From assembly GCA_017544805.1 (NCBI GenBank), contig JAFYDK010000088.1:4045-68044 (forward strand): a DNA stretch of 64,000 bases, in the 5' to 3' direction. The notes under the pieces were generated by a model. That model worked only from the letters and a program-made list of their open reading frames with translations. It was not told the DNA's origin and did not search any database. Source of the stretch: Bacteroidales bacterium (GTDB taxonomy: Bacteria > Bacteroidota > Bacteroidia > Bacteroidales > UBA3824). Every line of letters starts with the position of its first letter. The first letter of the stretch is position 1. Made by a program: the position numbers and the translations under genes. Shown here piece by piece: positions 16,902 through 25,200 of the stretch.

Positions 16902-18938
16902 ATGAAAAAAATTAATTTAGTATTAATCAGTTTACTTTTATCAGCCTGTAATATGAGCGAAAAACAAACGTCATCACAGTTTTCGGGTATTGACAAAAGC
17001 AATATGGACTTTTCAGTAAAACCCGGTGAGGATTTTTATCGTTATGTTAATGGTAAATGGTTGGAGGCCAATCCTATAAGTCCTGAAATGAGCCGTAATT
17101 CTCAATTTGAGAAACTCGATCTTGATAATCTTGACCGTCAAAGGAAAATTATCGAAGAGCTTGTTGAAAGCGGTGATAAAAACAATTCTGACGGCAAAAA
17201 AATAGCTGCGATTTATACACAATATATGGATTCTACGGCGAGGAATTCAAACGGTGTAAACCCTGTAAAACCTTATCTTGAGAGGGTTAATGGTATAAAA
17301 GATAAAGAAACTTTGGTGGAGGTTCTTTCAGAGCTTCAGGGCTACGGTATCAGCGGATTGCTTTTTGATTATGGTGTCGGTTCCGATATTAAAGATTCGC
17401 AAAAAAACATCGTGGAACTTTGGCAAGGTGGTCTTTCGCTTCCGAGCAAAACTTATTACGAAAGTAAAGATTCGGCTACTGTTGAAATCGTTAATGCTTA
17501 CAAAAACTATATGACGAGGCTTTTTGTTCTTGCCGGTTATGACGAAAAAACTTCTCAAAACAAGACAAAAGCCGTTTATGAAATTGAGGAAAAAATCGCT
17601 AAAGTAAATCATACAAAAGTTGAGTTGAGAGATGTCAGCGCAAATTATAACAAAATGACTTACAGCGATTTGAAGAAAAATTTCAACAAAATCAATTGGG
17701 ACAAATTTTTCAAAGGTTTGGGATTTCCGGATTTTGAGGAACTTTCAGTGGGACAAATCGACGTTATCCACAATATCGAAAAAATTATTGAAACCGAAAA
17801 AATCGAAAACTTGAAATCATATTTTGAGTTTAAGGTTTTGAATTCTTCGGCAAATTATTTGGACGATAATTTCAGCAATACGAGCCACGAGTTTCAGAAA
17901 GTTTTGTCTGGCGTTCAAGAGCAGAAACCGAGATGGAAACGTGCAATCAACGTTGTTAATGATGCAATGGGAATGGCTATCGGAAAGATTTACGCAGAAA
18001 AATATTTCCCTGCATCTTCAAAACAATCGGTTATCGACATGGTTCACAACCTTCAGAAATCATTGGCTGAGGAAATTCAAAATTCTACTTGGATGGGCGA
18101 TTCCACAAAGGCTCAAGCTCTTGATAAGTTGAGTAATTTCTACATCAAAATCGGTTATCCTGACAAATGGCAAGACTATTCGGATTTAACCATCGACGAG
18201 TCTAAAACATTGTTGGATAATGTTTTAGCATCACGCAAATTTGCAACGGATTATATGATTAAAACCCGTGTTAATAAACCCGTTGATAAGGACGAATGGC
18301 ACATGACACCTCAAACCGTTAATGCTTATTATAATCCTACGACCAACGAAATTACTTTTCCAGCCGGTATTTTGCAGCCTCCTTTTTATAATTCACAGGC
18401 TGACGAGGCAGTTAATTACGGCGGTATAGGTTGCGTTATCGGACACGAAATGACTCACGGTTTTGACGATCAGGGCTGTCAGTTCGACAAATTCGGAAAT
18501 CAGAAAAACTGGTGGACGGAAAGCGACAAAAAAGAATTTGATTCAAGGGCTAAAGTTATAATTGATTATTTCAATACTTTGGAAGGTTTGCCGGGCGAGC
18601 ACATCGACGGAGCTCTTACCGTCGGCGAAAACATTGCTGATAACGGAGGTATTAAAATTTCGTTTTTAGCCTTGAAAAACGTTATGAAAAACAAAGACTT
18701 AGGTGTTAAAGACGGATTTACTCCCGAACAAAGATTTTTCCTCTCTTATGCCTTTATTTGGGCAGGAAACATTAGGGAGCAAGCCGCACGTTTAAGACTT
18801 AAAACCGATCCTCATTCACCGATTAAAGCGCGTGTTAATGGTCAGTTACCTCAACTTCAGTTTTGGTACGATGCTTTTGACATCAAGGAAGATTCTCCGA
18901 TGTTTATTCCTAAAGAAAAAAGGGTGAATATTTGGTAA
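16902..18938 (+). CDS. M13-family zinc metalloendopeptidase (PepO / neprilysin-like), lipoprotein
   Basis: HExxH in VIGHEMTHGFD, GENIADNGG, NAYYNP, and a C-terminal W typical of M13. Lipobox-like LLSACN. Confidence 0.93.
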   Translation: MKKINLVLISLLLSACNMSEKQTSSQFSGIDKSNMDFSVKPGEDFYRYVNGKWLEANPISPEMSRNSQFEKLDLDNLDRQRKIIEELVESGDKNNSDGKKIAAIYTQYMDSTARNSNGVNPVKPYLERVNGIKDKETLVEVLSELQGYGISGLLFDYGVGSDIKDSQKNIVELWQGGLSLPSKTYYESKDSATVEIVNAYKNYMTRLFVLAGYDEKTSQNKTKAVYEIEEKIAKVNHTKVELRDVSANYNKMTYSDLKKNFNKINWDKFFKGLGFPDFEELSVGQIDVIHNIEKIIETEKIENLKSYFEFKVLNSSANYLDDNFSNTSHEFQKVLSGVQEQKPRWKRAINVVNDAMGMAIGKIYAEKYFPASSKQSVIDMVHNLQKSLAEEIQNSTWMGDSTKAQALDKLSNFYIKIGYPDKWQDYSDLTIDESKTLLDNVLASRKFATDYMIKTRVNKPVDKDEWHMTPQTVNAYYNPTTNEITFPAGILQPPFYNSQADEAVNYGGIGCVIGHEMTHGFDDQGCQFDKFGNQKNWWTESDKKEFDSRAKVIIDYFNTLEGLPGEHIDGALTVGENIADNGGIKISFLALKNVMKNKDLGVKDGFTPEQRFFLSYAFIWAGNIREQAARLRLKTDPHSPIKARVNGQLPQLQFWYDAFDIKEDSPMFIPKEKRVNIW

Positions 18939-18963
18939 GATAATTTTTTTAGAGTTTTTTTCT

Positions 18964-19017
18964 GAAGAATTCGTTTCAATTTTAAAGTAAAGTTAAAACG
19001 GATTCTTCTTTTTTTTT
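18964..19017 (+). terminator. Rho-independent terminator after M13 peptidase gene
   Basis: GAAGAATTCGTTT / AAACGGATTCTTC stem with 1 mismatch and a long loop, followed by T9 (19009..19017). Confidence 0.5.
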
Positions 19018-19030
19018 AACATATATTTTT

Positions 19031-19038
19031 TAAATTTG
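19031..19038 (+). promoter_or_regulatory. Candidate -7 box TAAATTTG
   Basis: TAnnTTTG match 29 nt upstream of ATG 19067. Confidence 0.45.
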
Positions 19039-19066
19039 CATAATATTAATTAATTTTAGGTTTATT

Positions 19067-19810
19067 ATGAAGAAAAAAAGTTTGTTTTTTGTCGTTTTTT
19101 TTGCGGCGTGTGCATGGTTTGCCGGTTGCAAGGACGACGATTATAGTTTAAAAGACATTAATACTGATAATGTAGTTATCACGCCTTCAATTCAAGGTCC
19201 TATAACAAAATGTCATCTTAATATTACTGATATTTTTACGTATGAGGAGATTAAGGGACAATTTATCGCATCGGACGGGGTTCGTTACAAATTCAGCGAA
19301 AAGGTTTTGGATACAATAAAATTTCCTCTTCATTTAGCATCACAAGCAGAGGAGACTGTTGATGGTGTTCAAACGGGACATGTTGTAAAATCAAGTTTTC
19401 AGTACAATCAGGTTGTTGAGGATTTTACGCCTTCAAAATATTTTGAAGAAGGGGGCTTGGTGGATTCTTTGGGTAAATTGAAATTATCAATTACCATTAC
19501 CAAGAGTATGCCTTTTGCTACTAACATCGAATTCCGTTTGACTCAAGAGGATACGGCAATCGTAGTTCCTACCAAAAACGAAACTCTCAAAATGAGGCTT
19601 TCTGCTGACGAAAAACAGAAAAAACATGATGTTATTTTGACTTATGCGGATACAAAGGATTTACTTTTGACCAAAAAGCTTAAAATTCACATGGACGTTG
19701 TTCCAGAGTCTCAAACTTTTGAAATCAAATCAAAAGAGGATTCAATTGCTTTTGATGTTAAAACTTTTATAAGCGGAAGATTTTTGATTAAAGAATTAGA
19801 TAATAAATAG
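19067..19810 (+). CDS. Lipoprotein of unknown function
   Basis: Signal peptide with lipobox-like WFAGC. No recognisable motifs. The stop lies 8 nt before the start of the next gene, so it is probably co-transcribed. Confidence 0.7.
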   Translation: MKKKSLFFVVFFAACAWFAGCKDDDYSLKDINTDNVVITPSIQGPITKCHLNITDIFTYEEIKGQFIASDGVRYKFSEKVLDTIKFPLHLASQAEETVDGVQTGHVVKSSFQYNQVVEDFTPSKYFEEGGLVDSLGKLKLSITITKSMPFATNIEFRLTQEDTAIVVPTKNETLKMRLSADEKQKKHDVILTYADTKDLLLTKKLKIHMDVVPESQTFEIKSKEDSIAFDVKTFISGRFLIKELDNK

Positions 19811-19818
19811 AAAAAAAT

Positions 19819-22092
19819 ATGAAAAAAACGATATTAAAATCCTTTACAACGCTTTTAACGGCAGTTTTGATGACTGCGGTAAGTGTTCAGGCGCAGATTT
19901 CGACGACGTTGTTTTTCGACAAAAACAATTATCGTAATCATTTGGCAAATCCTGCTAATATTTATTACGGAAAATTTTATTTCGGCTGGCTGCCTTGTAT
20001 TTCAAATATAGGTGTTGAAGGCGGAATTTCACATCTTAGTTTCAGTGACATTTTTTATAATGTTAAGGGGGCTGACGGACAGAAAAAAACTGTACTTTTT
20101 TGCGACAAGGATTGTAAGGAAGGCATTCCTAATTTCTTGGACGCGCTTGGCAAAACCGAAAGAGTTTTTTCGTCTTTTAGAACCGATATTATCGATTTTG
20201 GTTTTAGGACTAAGAATAGCGGTTATTTGTCTTTTAATTTGGCGGTCAGAGCTGATGTTTATTCAACAATTCCGGGCAAATTTTTTAATTTTGCTTTTGA
20301 CGGAATGGATGAGGGTGAGACGTATGACCTTAAAATGAAAAAATTAGGCGTGCATGGTACGGGTTGGATGGAGTTCGGCGTAGGTTACGCGCGACAAGTG
20401 AACGAAAAACTTTCCGTAGGCGCAACATTGAAATACCTTTACGGTTTGGCAAATGTTAAAACAAATTTGTCAAAGGTTAAAATTACTGCTGACGAAAACG
20501 AATGGGTTGCCAAAGTTGATGGTTCTGCGTATGCGAGAATTCCGGGTCTGACTATTACCGAAGATGAAAATCATAGAATTAAGGATTCTGACGTTGATAT
20601 TGACAATGCGAAATTCTCTATGGCAGGCCGTTCAGGAGCGGGCATTGATTTGGGTGCTAATTATTACATTTTACCGAATTTAAAACTTTCAGCATCAATT
20701 CTTGATTTAGGTTTTATCCGTTGGAAAGACGACGAAGTTGTTGTCTTAAACGCTGTTTCTGATTATTCTTACACTGGTGTAAAATATGAATTGGGCGGTG
20801 ATGAAAACGGTGATTATTTTGAGGATTTGCCTTCTATGGAAGAGATTTATGAAGTCAGCGGTAAACATAAATACACTTCAACTCTTACGCCTAAAGTTTA
20901 TTTAGGAGGCGAATATGAGTTTTGGGAAGATAGATTGGGTTTAGGTGTTTTGTCAAAAACCACGTTTTACAAAAAAGCTCCGTTTGAGGAGATGCTCTTG
21001 ACGGCAAATTTCCGTCCTTTTAAAAGATTTTCAACGTCTTTGACTTACACGATTTTCGACAGACATTGGACGAATATCGGTTTGGGCGTTAATTTCGTGT
21101 TAGGCATTTTGAATTTTTATGCTGCCGTAGACAATGTTTCTTTGAAATATGCCAAAGTTGATAATTTTGTTATTCCCTCTAATACGAGTTATGTAAGGGT
21201 TAATTTTGGTATGGGATTCAGCTTTAAGGGACGCAACAAGAAAGATAAATTGGATGACGAGCCTATCCAAGCCGAAAAAGTTGAAATTTTGGACTCTGAC
21301 AGCGACGGTGTTATTGATACTCTTGACCGTTGTGCTAATACGCCCGACGGTGTTGTTGTTGATAAAAACGGTTGCCCGATAGACAGCGACAAAGACGGTG
21401 TTGCGGATTATGAAGATAATTGTCCTGACACTCCGGAAGGTGCTCCTGTTGATGAAAGCGGTTGTCCGTTGGATACTGACAAAGACGGTGTTCCGGATTA
21501 CAAAGATAACTGTCCTGAAACTCCCGAAGACGTTAATGTTGATGAAAACGGTTGTCCGTTGGATGCAGACAAAGACGGTGTTTGGGACAACAAAGACAGA
21601 TGTCCTGATACTCCGGAGGGAGTTAGAGTTAATGAAAACGGTTGTCCTTTTGATTCTGACGCTGACGGTGTTCCGGATTATTTGGATAAATGTCCTGATG
21701 TTCCCGGTTCTAATAACGGCTGTCCTGAAATCAAACAGGAGGTAAAACAAATCTTTAAGAAGGCTCTTAACGGTATACAGTTTGAGTCGGGCAAATCAAC
21801 GATTAAATCTACATCGTTCCCGATTTTGAATCAGGTTGTAACCGTAATGAAAGAAAATCCGGATTATAAACTTAATATTTTCGGACACACTGACAGTTCG
21901 GGCGATCCCGAAAAGAACAGAGTTCTTTCTCAGGAAAGAGCCGATGCCGTAAGAGATTATTTGGTACAGCACGGTATTCAAGCCAGCCGTCTTACCTCAA
22001 AAGGCTTTGGTGATATAAAACCTATTGCCGACAACTCTACGCCTAAAGGCAGAGCTCTTAACCGTAGAGTAGAGCTTGAGGCTGAATATTAG
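19819..22092 (+). CDS. Outer-membrane protein: N-terminal beta-barrel (DUF5723 / PorP-SprF-like) + five thrombospondin type-3 Ca-binding repeats + OmpA_C domain
   Basis: Signal peptide, then a roughly 470-aa Gly/aromatic-rich barrel-like region opening with LFFDKNNYRNHLANPANI. Next come repeats of the form D.DKDGV.DY.DNCP.TPEG..VDE.GCP. The OmpA_C block reads FGHTDSSG...LSQERADAVRDYL...NRRVELE. Confidence 0.8.
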   Translation: MKKTILKSFTTLLTAVLMTAVSVQAQISTTLFFDKNNYRNHLANPANIYYGKFYFGWLPCISNIGVEGGISHLSFSDIFYNVKGADGQKKTVLFCDKDCKEGIPNFLDALGKTERVFSSFRTDIIDFGFRTKNSGYLSFNLAVRADVYSTIPGKFFNFAFDGMDEGETYDLKMKKLGVHGTGWMEFGVGYARQVNEKLSVGATLKYLYGLANVKTNLSKVKITADENEWVAKVDGSAYARIPGLTITEDENHRIKDSDVDIDNAKFSMAGRSGAGIDLGANYYILPNLKLSASILDLGFIRWKDDEVVVLNAVSDYSYTGVKYELGGDENGDYFEDLPSMEEIYEVSGKHKYTSTLTPKVYLGGEYEFWEDRLGLGVLSKTTFYKKAPFEEMLLTANFRPFKRFSTSLTYTIFDRHWTNIGLGVNFVLGILNFYAAVDNVSLKYAKVDNFVIPSNTSYVRVNFGMGFSFKGRNKKDKLDDEPIQAEKVEILDSDSDGVIDTLDRCANTPDGVVVDKNGCPIDSDKDGVADYEDNCPDTPEGAPVDESGCPLDTDKDGVPDYKDNCPETPEDVNVDENGCPLDADKDGVWDNKDRCPDTPEGVRVNENGCPFDSDADGVPDYLDKCPDVPGSNNGCPEIKQEVKQIFKKALNGIQFESGKSTIKSTSFPILNQVVTVMKENPDYKLNIFGHTDSSGDPEKNRVLSQERADAVRDYLVQHGIQASRLTSKGFGDIKPIADNSTPKGRALNRRVELEAEY
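21292..21729 (+). repeat. Five tandem ~90-nt coding repeats (TSP type-3 repeats)
   Basis: The protein repeats are DSDSDGVIDTLDRCANTPDGVVVDKNGCPI, DSDKDGVADYEDNCPDTPEGAPVDESGCPL, DTDKDGVPDYKDNCPETPEDVNVDENGCPL, DADKDGVWDNKDRCPDTPEGVRVNENGCPF and DSDADGVPDYLDKCPDVPGSNNGCPE. This repetition explains the long antisense ORFs here. Confidence 0.9.
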
Positions 22093-22101
22093 AAACAAAA
22101 G

Positions 22102-22156
22102 AAAATTTTTCGCTGTCTTGAAAATTGAAATTTTTTTTTGGCAGCGAAAAATTTTT
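22102..22156 (+). terminator. Hairpin terminator after OmpA-fusion gene
   Basis: AAAATTTTTCGCTGTC ... GGCAGCGAAAAATTTT stem with 1 mismatch. The loop contains TTGAAAATTGAAATTTTTTTTT and T-rich sequence follows. Confidence 0.45.
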
Positions 22157-22158
22157 AT

Positions 22159-22166
22159 TATTTTTG
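22159..22166 (+). promoter_or_regulatory. Candidate -7 box TATTTTTG upstream of asd
   Basis: TAnnTTTG match 38 nt upstream of ATG 22204. It lies inside the TTG-started ORF-track extension, which argues for the shorter CDS. Confidence 0.45.
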
Positions 22167-22203
22167 CGCATTATTAAACCAAAAAAATTTTTTTAAGAAA
22201 AAC

Positions 22204-23214
22204 ATGAAAGTAGCAATTGTAGGTGCTTCAGGCGCAGTTGGTCAGGAATTCTTGAGAATCCTTGACGAGAGAAATTTCCCTATGGATGATTTGGTTTTGT
22301 TCGGTTCAGAAAGGAGCGCGGGCAAAAAATACACTTTTAGAGGTAAAGAATACGAGGTGAAACTTCTTCAGCATAACGATGATTTCAAAGGTGTTGATAT
22401 TGCTTTTACTTCGGCAGGTGCCGGCACTTCAAAAGAATTTGCTCAGGATATTACGAAATACGGTGCGGTAATGATTGACAATTCCTCAGCTTTCCGTATG
22501 GACGGAGATGTGCCGCTCGTTGTTCCCGAATGTAATGCAGAGGACGCTTTGAACCGTCCTAGAGGCATTATCGCTAATCCTAACTGTACAACTATTATGA
22601 TGGTCGTTGTTTTGCAACCCTTGGAGAAAATCTCTCATATCAAACGCATTCATGTATCGAGTTATCAGTCGGCCTCGGGTGCGGGTGCGGCAGCGATGGC
22701 AGAATTGGAACAACAGTATAAGGAAATTATTAACAATCAACCTGTTACCGTTAAAAAATTTCCTCACCAGTTGGCATATAACGTTATTCCTCAGATTGAT
22801 GTTTTCCAGCCTAACGGTTACACGAAAGAGGAAATGAAAATGTACAACGAAACGCGTAAAATCATGCACTCTGACGTAAAATGTTCAGCAACTTGCGTTA
22901 GGGTTTCATCGCTTCGTTCTCACTCAGAATCTGTTTGGATCGAAACCGAAAAACCGATTTCCGTAGAAGAGGCTCAAAAAGCGATTTCTTTGGCAGATGG
23001 TTGTACGTTGGTTGATGATCCTAAAAATTTGGTTTATCCTATGCCCTTGGAAACGGCCGGAAAAGACGATGTTTTCGTAGGAAGGGTTAGAAAGGATATT
23101 TCTGATGAAAACGGTTTAACACTTTGGCTTTCAGGCGATCAAATTCGTAAAGGTGCGGCTCTCAACGCCGTTCAAATTGCTGAATATTTAATCAAAGTAG
23201 GAAACGTAAAATAA
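22204..23214 (+). CDS. asd: Aspartate-semialdehyde dehydrogenase
   Basis: [16 protein letters not shown] (NADP-binding GxxGxxG), the active-site IANPNCTT, and SGAG...[17 protein letters not shown]. Confidence 0.95.
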   Translation: MKVAIVGASGAVGQEFLRILDERNFPMDDLVLFGSERSAGKKYTFRGKEYEVKLLQHNDDFKGVDIAFTSAGAGTSKEFAQDITKYGAVMIDNSSAFRMDGDVPLVVPECNAEDALNRPRGIIANPNCTTIMMVVVLQPLEKISHIKRIHVSSYQSASGAGAAAMAELEQQYKEIINNQPVTVKKFPHQLAYNVIPQIDVFQPNGYTKEEMKMYNETRKIMHSDVKCSATCVRVSSLRSHSESVWIETEKPISVEEAQKAISLADGCTLVDDPKNLVYPMPLETAGKDDVFVGRVRKDISDENGLTLWLSGDQIRKGAALNAVQIAEYLIKVGNVK

Positions 23215-23290
23215 TTGATAATTGATAATTAGCAATTGACAATTGACAATTAAAAAAGCATTGTCAATTGTCAATTGTCAATTGTCAATT
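23213..23290. repeat. 7-bp-periodic AATTGAY / ATTGTCA arrays forming an 18-bp CAATTG-rich inverted repeat
   Basis: Six heptamers (AATTGAT x2, AATTAGC, AATTGAC x2, AATTAAA) start inside the asd TAA stop. A 9-nt spacer TAAAAAAGC follows, then four ATTGTCA heptamers. 23233..23250 pairs perfectly with 23260..23277, plus a G-U closing pair. The array ends 12 nt before ATG 23302. Confidence 0.9.
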
Positions 23291-23301
23291 AAAAAATAGT
23301 T

Positions 23302-24348
23302 ATGGCTCTTCTCGTTTTATATTTTTCGTTTACGCTTTTTATATCGTTTGTTTGTTCTTTGATGGAAAGCGTTTTGCTTAGTACAACCCCGATTTTTGTA
23401 AAACTTAACGAAAATTCTTCCAAAAAAGGAGTTAGAAAACTTGTCAAATTCAAAAATAACGTAGACAAATCTTTGTCTGCCATTCTTTCCTTAAATACAA
23501 TTGCAAATACGGCGGGTGCGGCTATGGTCGGTGCACAAGCCTCTGAGGTTTTAGGTTCGGAATCTTTAGGTGTAGTTTCGGCTTTATTAACGGTTTTAAT
23601 TTTGATTTTTTCGGAGATAATGCCCAAAACTTTAGGCACTAACAATTGGGAAAAACTTGCCGGTTTGGTCGGACATTTAATCAGTGTGATTTATGTTTTG
23701 ACATATCCGTTAGTTGTTATGGCACAGCAACTTACAAGGCTTTTTAAGAAAAGGGATTCTGGTCATACGACTTCGAGAGAAGAGATTTCGGCACTTGCTA
23801 ATATCGGAGCGGAGGAAGGCATTTTTAAGGCTAACGAAAACGCTATCATTCAGAACCTTATGAAATTGAAAAATTACCGAGTTTCTGATGTGATGACACC
23901 GAGAGTTGTGGTTTGTTCGGCCAACGAGCAGATGACTTTGGGTGAGTTTTTAGCGGGAAAAAATTATTTAAGATTTTCAAGGATTCCCGTTTATGCCCAA
24001 AAAGATGAAAACATTACGGGATATGTTTTTCGTCAGCAAGTTATGGAAAGTCTTGCAGAGGATCATAATACGTTGAAATTAAAGGATTTGAGACGGAATA
24101 TTTTGATTGTTCCGAATACTAAACCTGTTTTTTCGCTTTGGGAGGATATGCTGAAAAAAAAGGAACAAATCGCTTTGGTTGTTGATGAATACGGCGGTAT
24201 GGACGGCATCGTAACGCTTGAAGATATTATTGAAACCTTGCTCGGAATCGAAATTCTTGACGAAAAAGATACTGTTGCCGATATGCAGCAATATGCCCGT
24301 GAGCGTTGGAAAATCCGTCAAAACAAATATAAATATTTGGAGAGTTAA
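23302..24348 (+). CDS. CNNM/DUF21 + CBS-pair membrane protein (CorB/hemolysin-family), no CorC_HlyC tail
   Basis: N-terminal multi-TM DUF21 region, then NENAIIQNLMKLKNYRVSDVMTPR and IALVVDEYGGMDGIVTLEDIIETLLG, which are typical of the CBS pair of this family. At 348 aa it ends soon after CBS2. Confidence 0.85.
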   Translation: MALLVLYFSFTLFISFVCSLMESVLLSTTPIFVKLNENSSKKGVRKLVKFKNNVDKSLSAILSLNTIANTAGAAMVGAQASEVLGSESLGVVSALLTVLILIFSEIMPKTLGTNNWEKLAGLVGHLISVIYVLTYPLVVMAQQLTRLFKKRDSGHTTSREEISALANIGAEEGIFKANENAIIQNLMKLKNYRVSDVMTPRVVVCSANEQMTLGEFLAGKNYLRFSRIPVYAQKDENITGYVFRQQVMESLAEDHNTLKLKDLRRNILIVPNTKPVFSLWEDMLKKKEQIALVVDEYGGMDGIVTLEDIIETLLGIEILDEKDTVADMQQYARERWKIRQNKYKYLES

Positions 24349-24386
24349 TCGGATTTTTTTTTTGAAAAAATATAAAAAAAACTTTG

Positions 24387-24394
24387 TAAATTTG
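24387..24394 (+). promoter_or_regulatory. Candidate -7 box TAAATTTG (TTTG at 24361..24364)
   Basis: TAnnTTTG match 45 nt upstream of ATG 24439. A TTTG lies 22 nt upstream of it. Confidence 0.45.
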
Positions 24395-24438
24395 CAAGAA
24401 AATTATTTACTTGGCGGTTTGAAAAAAGTTATTTAATT

Positions 24439-25065
24439 ATGAACGTTTTTAAATTAGAAGGTGCAGACGATACTCCTTCCGTAACACTTGATAAAGACAA
24501 CGGTATATTTGAAATTTCAGGACGTTCCATTCCGGAAAACGTCATGGATTTTTATAATCCTATTTTAGATTGGTTGACCTCTTATGCCGAAGCGCCGTTG
24601 GAGGAAACCGTTTTTGAGTTCAAAATGTTGTATTACAACACTGCCTCTTCAAAATATCTTATGGAAGTGCTTTTAAAATTGGAAGATATTTACCGTAACG
24701 GGCATAAAGTTTTCGTTAAGTGGCATTATCCTCATAACGACGCTGACATTGAAGATGGCGGTAAAGATTATTTTGACATCGTTAAGATTCCCCACGAAAT
24801 GATTCAATATAAAATTTCTGTTGATGATGAGCAAGCGAAGCTTTTATTGTCGGCAAAAAATCTTCAAAATCAGGACTCTGGGGCTGAAATTAAAGAGGAA
24901 AATTTAGAACAAGTAAATTCAGTATCTCCCGCAATGCAATGTCCTTATTGCGGTTCGGAGAATTTTGATACGACATTCGGGACAAAACTTGCCGGATTTT
25001 TTGGTTTTAAGAATCACGCAAAAACTTATAAATGCGGTATCTGCGGCAAGAAATGGAATCTCTAA
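24439..25065 (+). CDS. SiaC/DUF1987-like domain + C-terminal zinc-ribbon protein
   Basis: The N-terminus (LDKDNGIFEISGRSIPENVMDFYNPILDWLTSYAEAPLEETVFEFKMLYYNTASSKYLMEVLLKLEDI...VKWHYPHNDADIEDGGKDY) is paralogous to the C-terminus of gene 15230..15949. The C-terminus reads CPYCGSENF...CGICGKKW. Confidence 0.8.
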   Translation: MNVFKLEGADDTPSVTLDKDNGIFEISGRSIPENVMDFYNPILDWLTSYAEAPLEETVFEFKMLYYNTASSKYLMEVLLKLEDIYRNGHKVFVKWHYPHNDADIEDGGKDYFDIVKIPHEMIQYKISVDDEQAKLLLSAKNLQNQDSGAEIKEENLEQVNSVSPAMQCPYCGSENFDTTFGTKLAGFFGFKNHAKTYKCGICGKKWNL

Positions 25066-25115
25066 TGCAATATTTTTTTTAGTAAAAAGAAAGTTACCGT
25101 TTGTGTAAAAAATAA

Positions 25116-25157
25116 GCGACCCCGCAAATTTTTTTTTAATAAAAATTTACGGGGCGC
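25116..25157. terminator. Hairpin between convergent genes (best suited to the minus-strand OmpA/MotB gene)
   Basis: GCGACCCCGCAAATTTTT / AAAAATTTACGGGGCGC imperfect stem with one bulge and one mismatch. On the minus strand it is followed by TTATTTTTTAC. Confidence 0.5.
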
Positions 25158-25200
25158 AAAAAACAAAAAAAATATTGCACTATGAAAAATTTAAAACTTT

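Noticed and set aside
21100-21750. 216-aa minus-strand ORF and 115-aa + strand ORF over the TSP3 repeat region
   Set aside because: The periodic repeat DNA keeps alternative frames open. The translations are repeats of RTTVFIN-like nonsense, and the sense frame has strong TSP3/OmpA motifs.
23213-23290. Heptamer arrays (also 49096..49137) as CRISPR or other spacer-repeat arrays
   Set aside because: The units are 7 bp with no spacers, the total length is under 80 bp, and there are no cas genes in the window.
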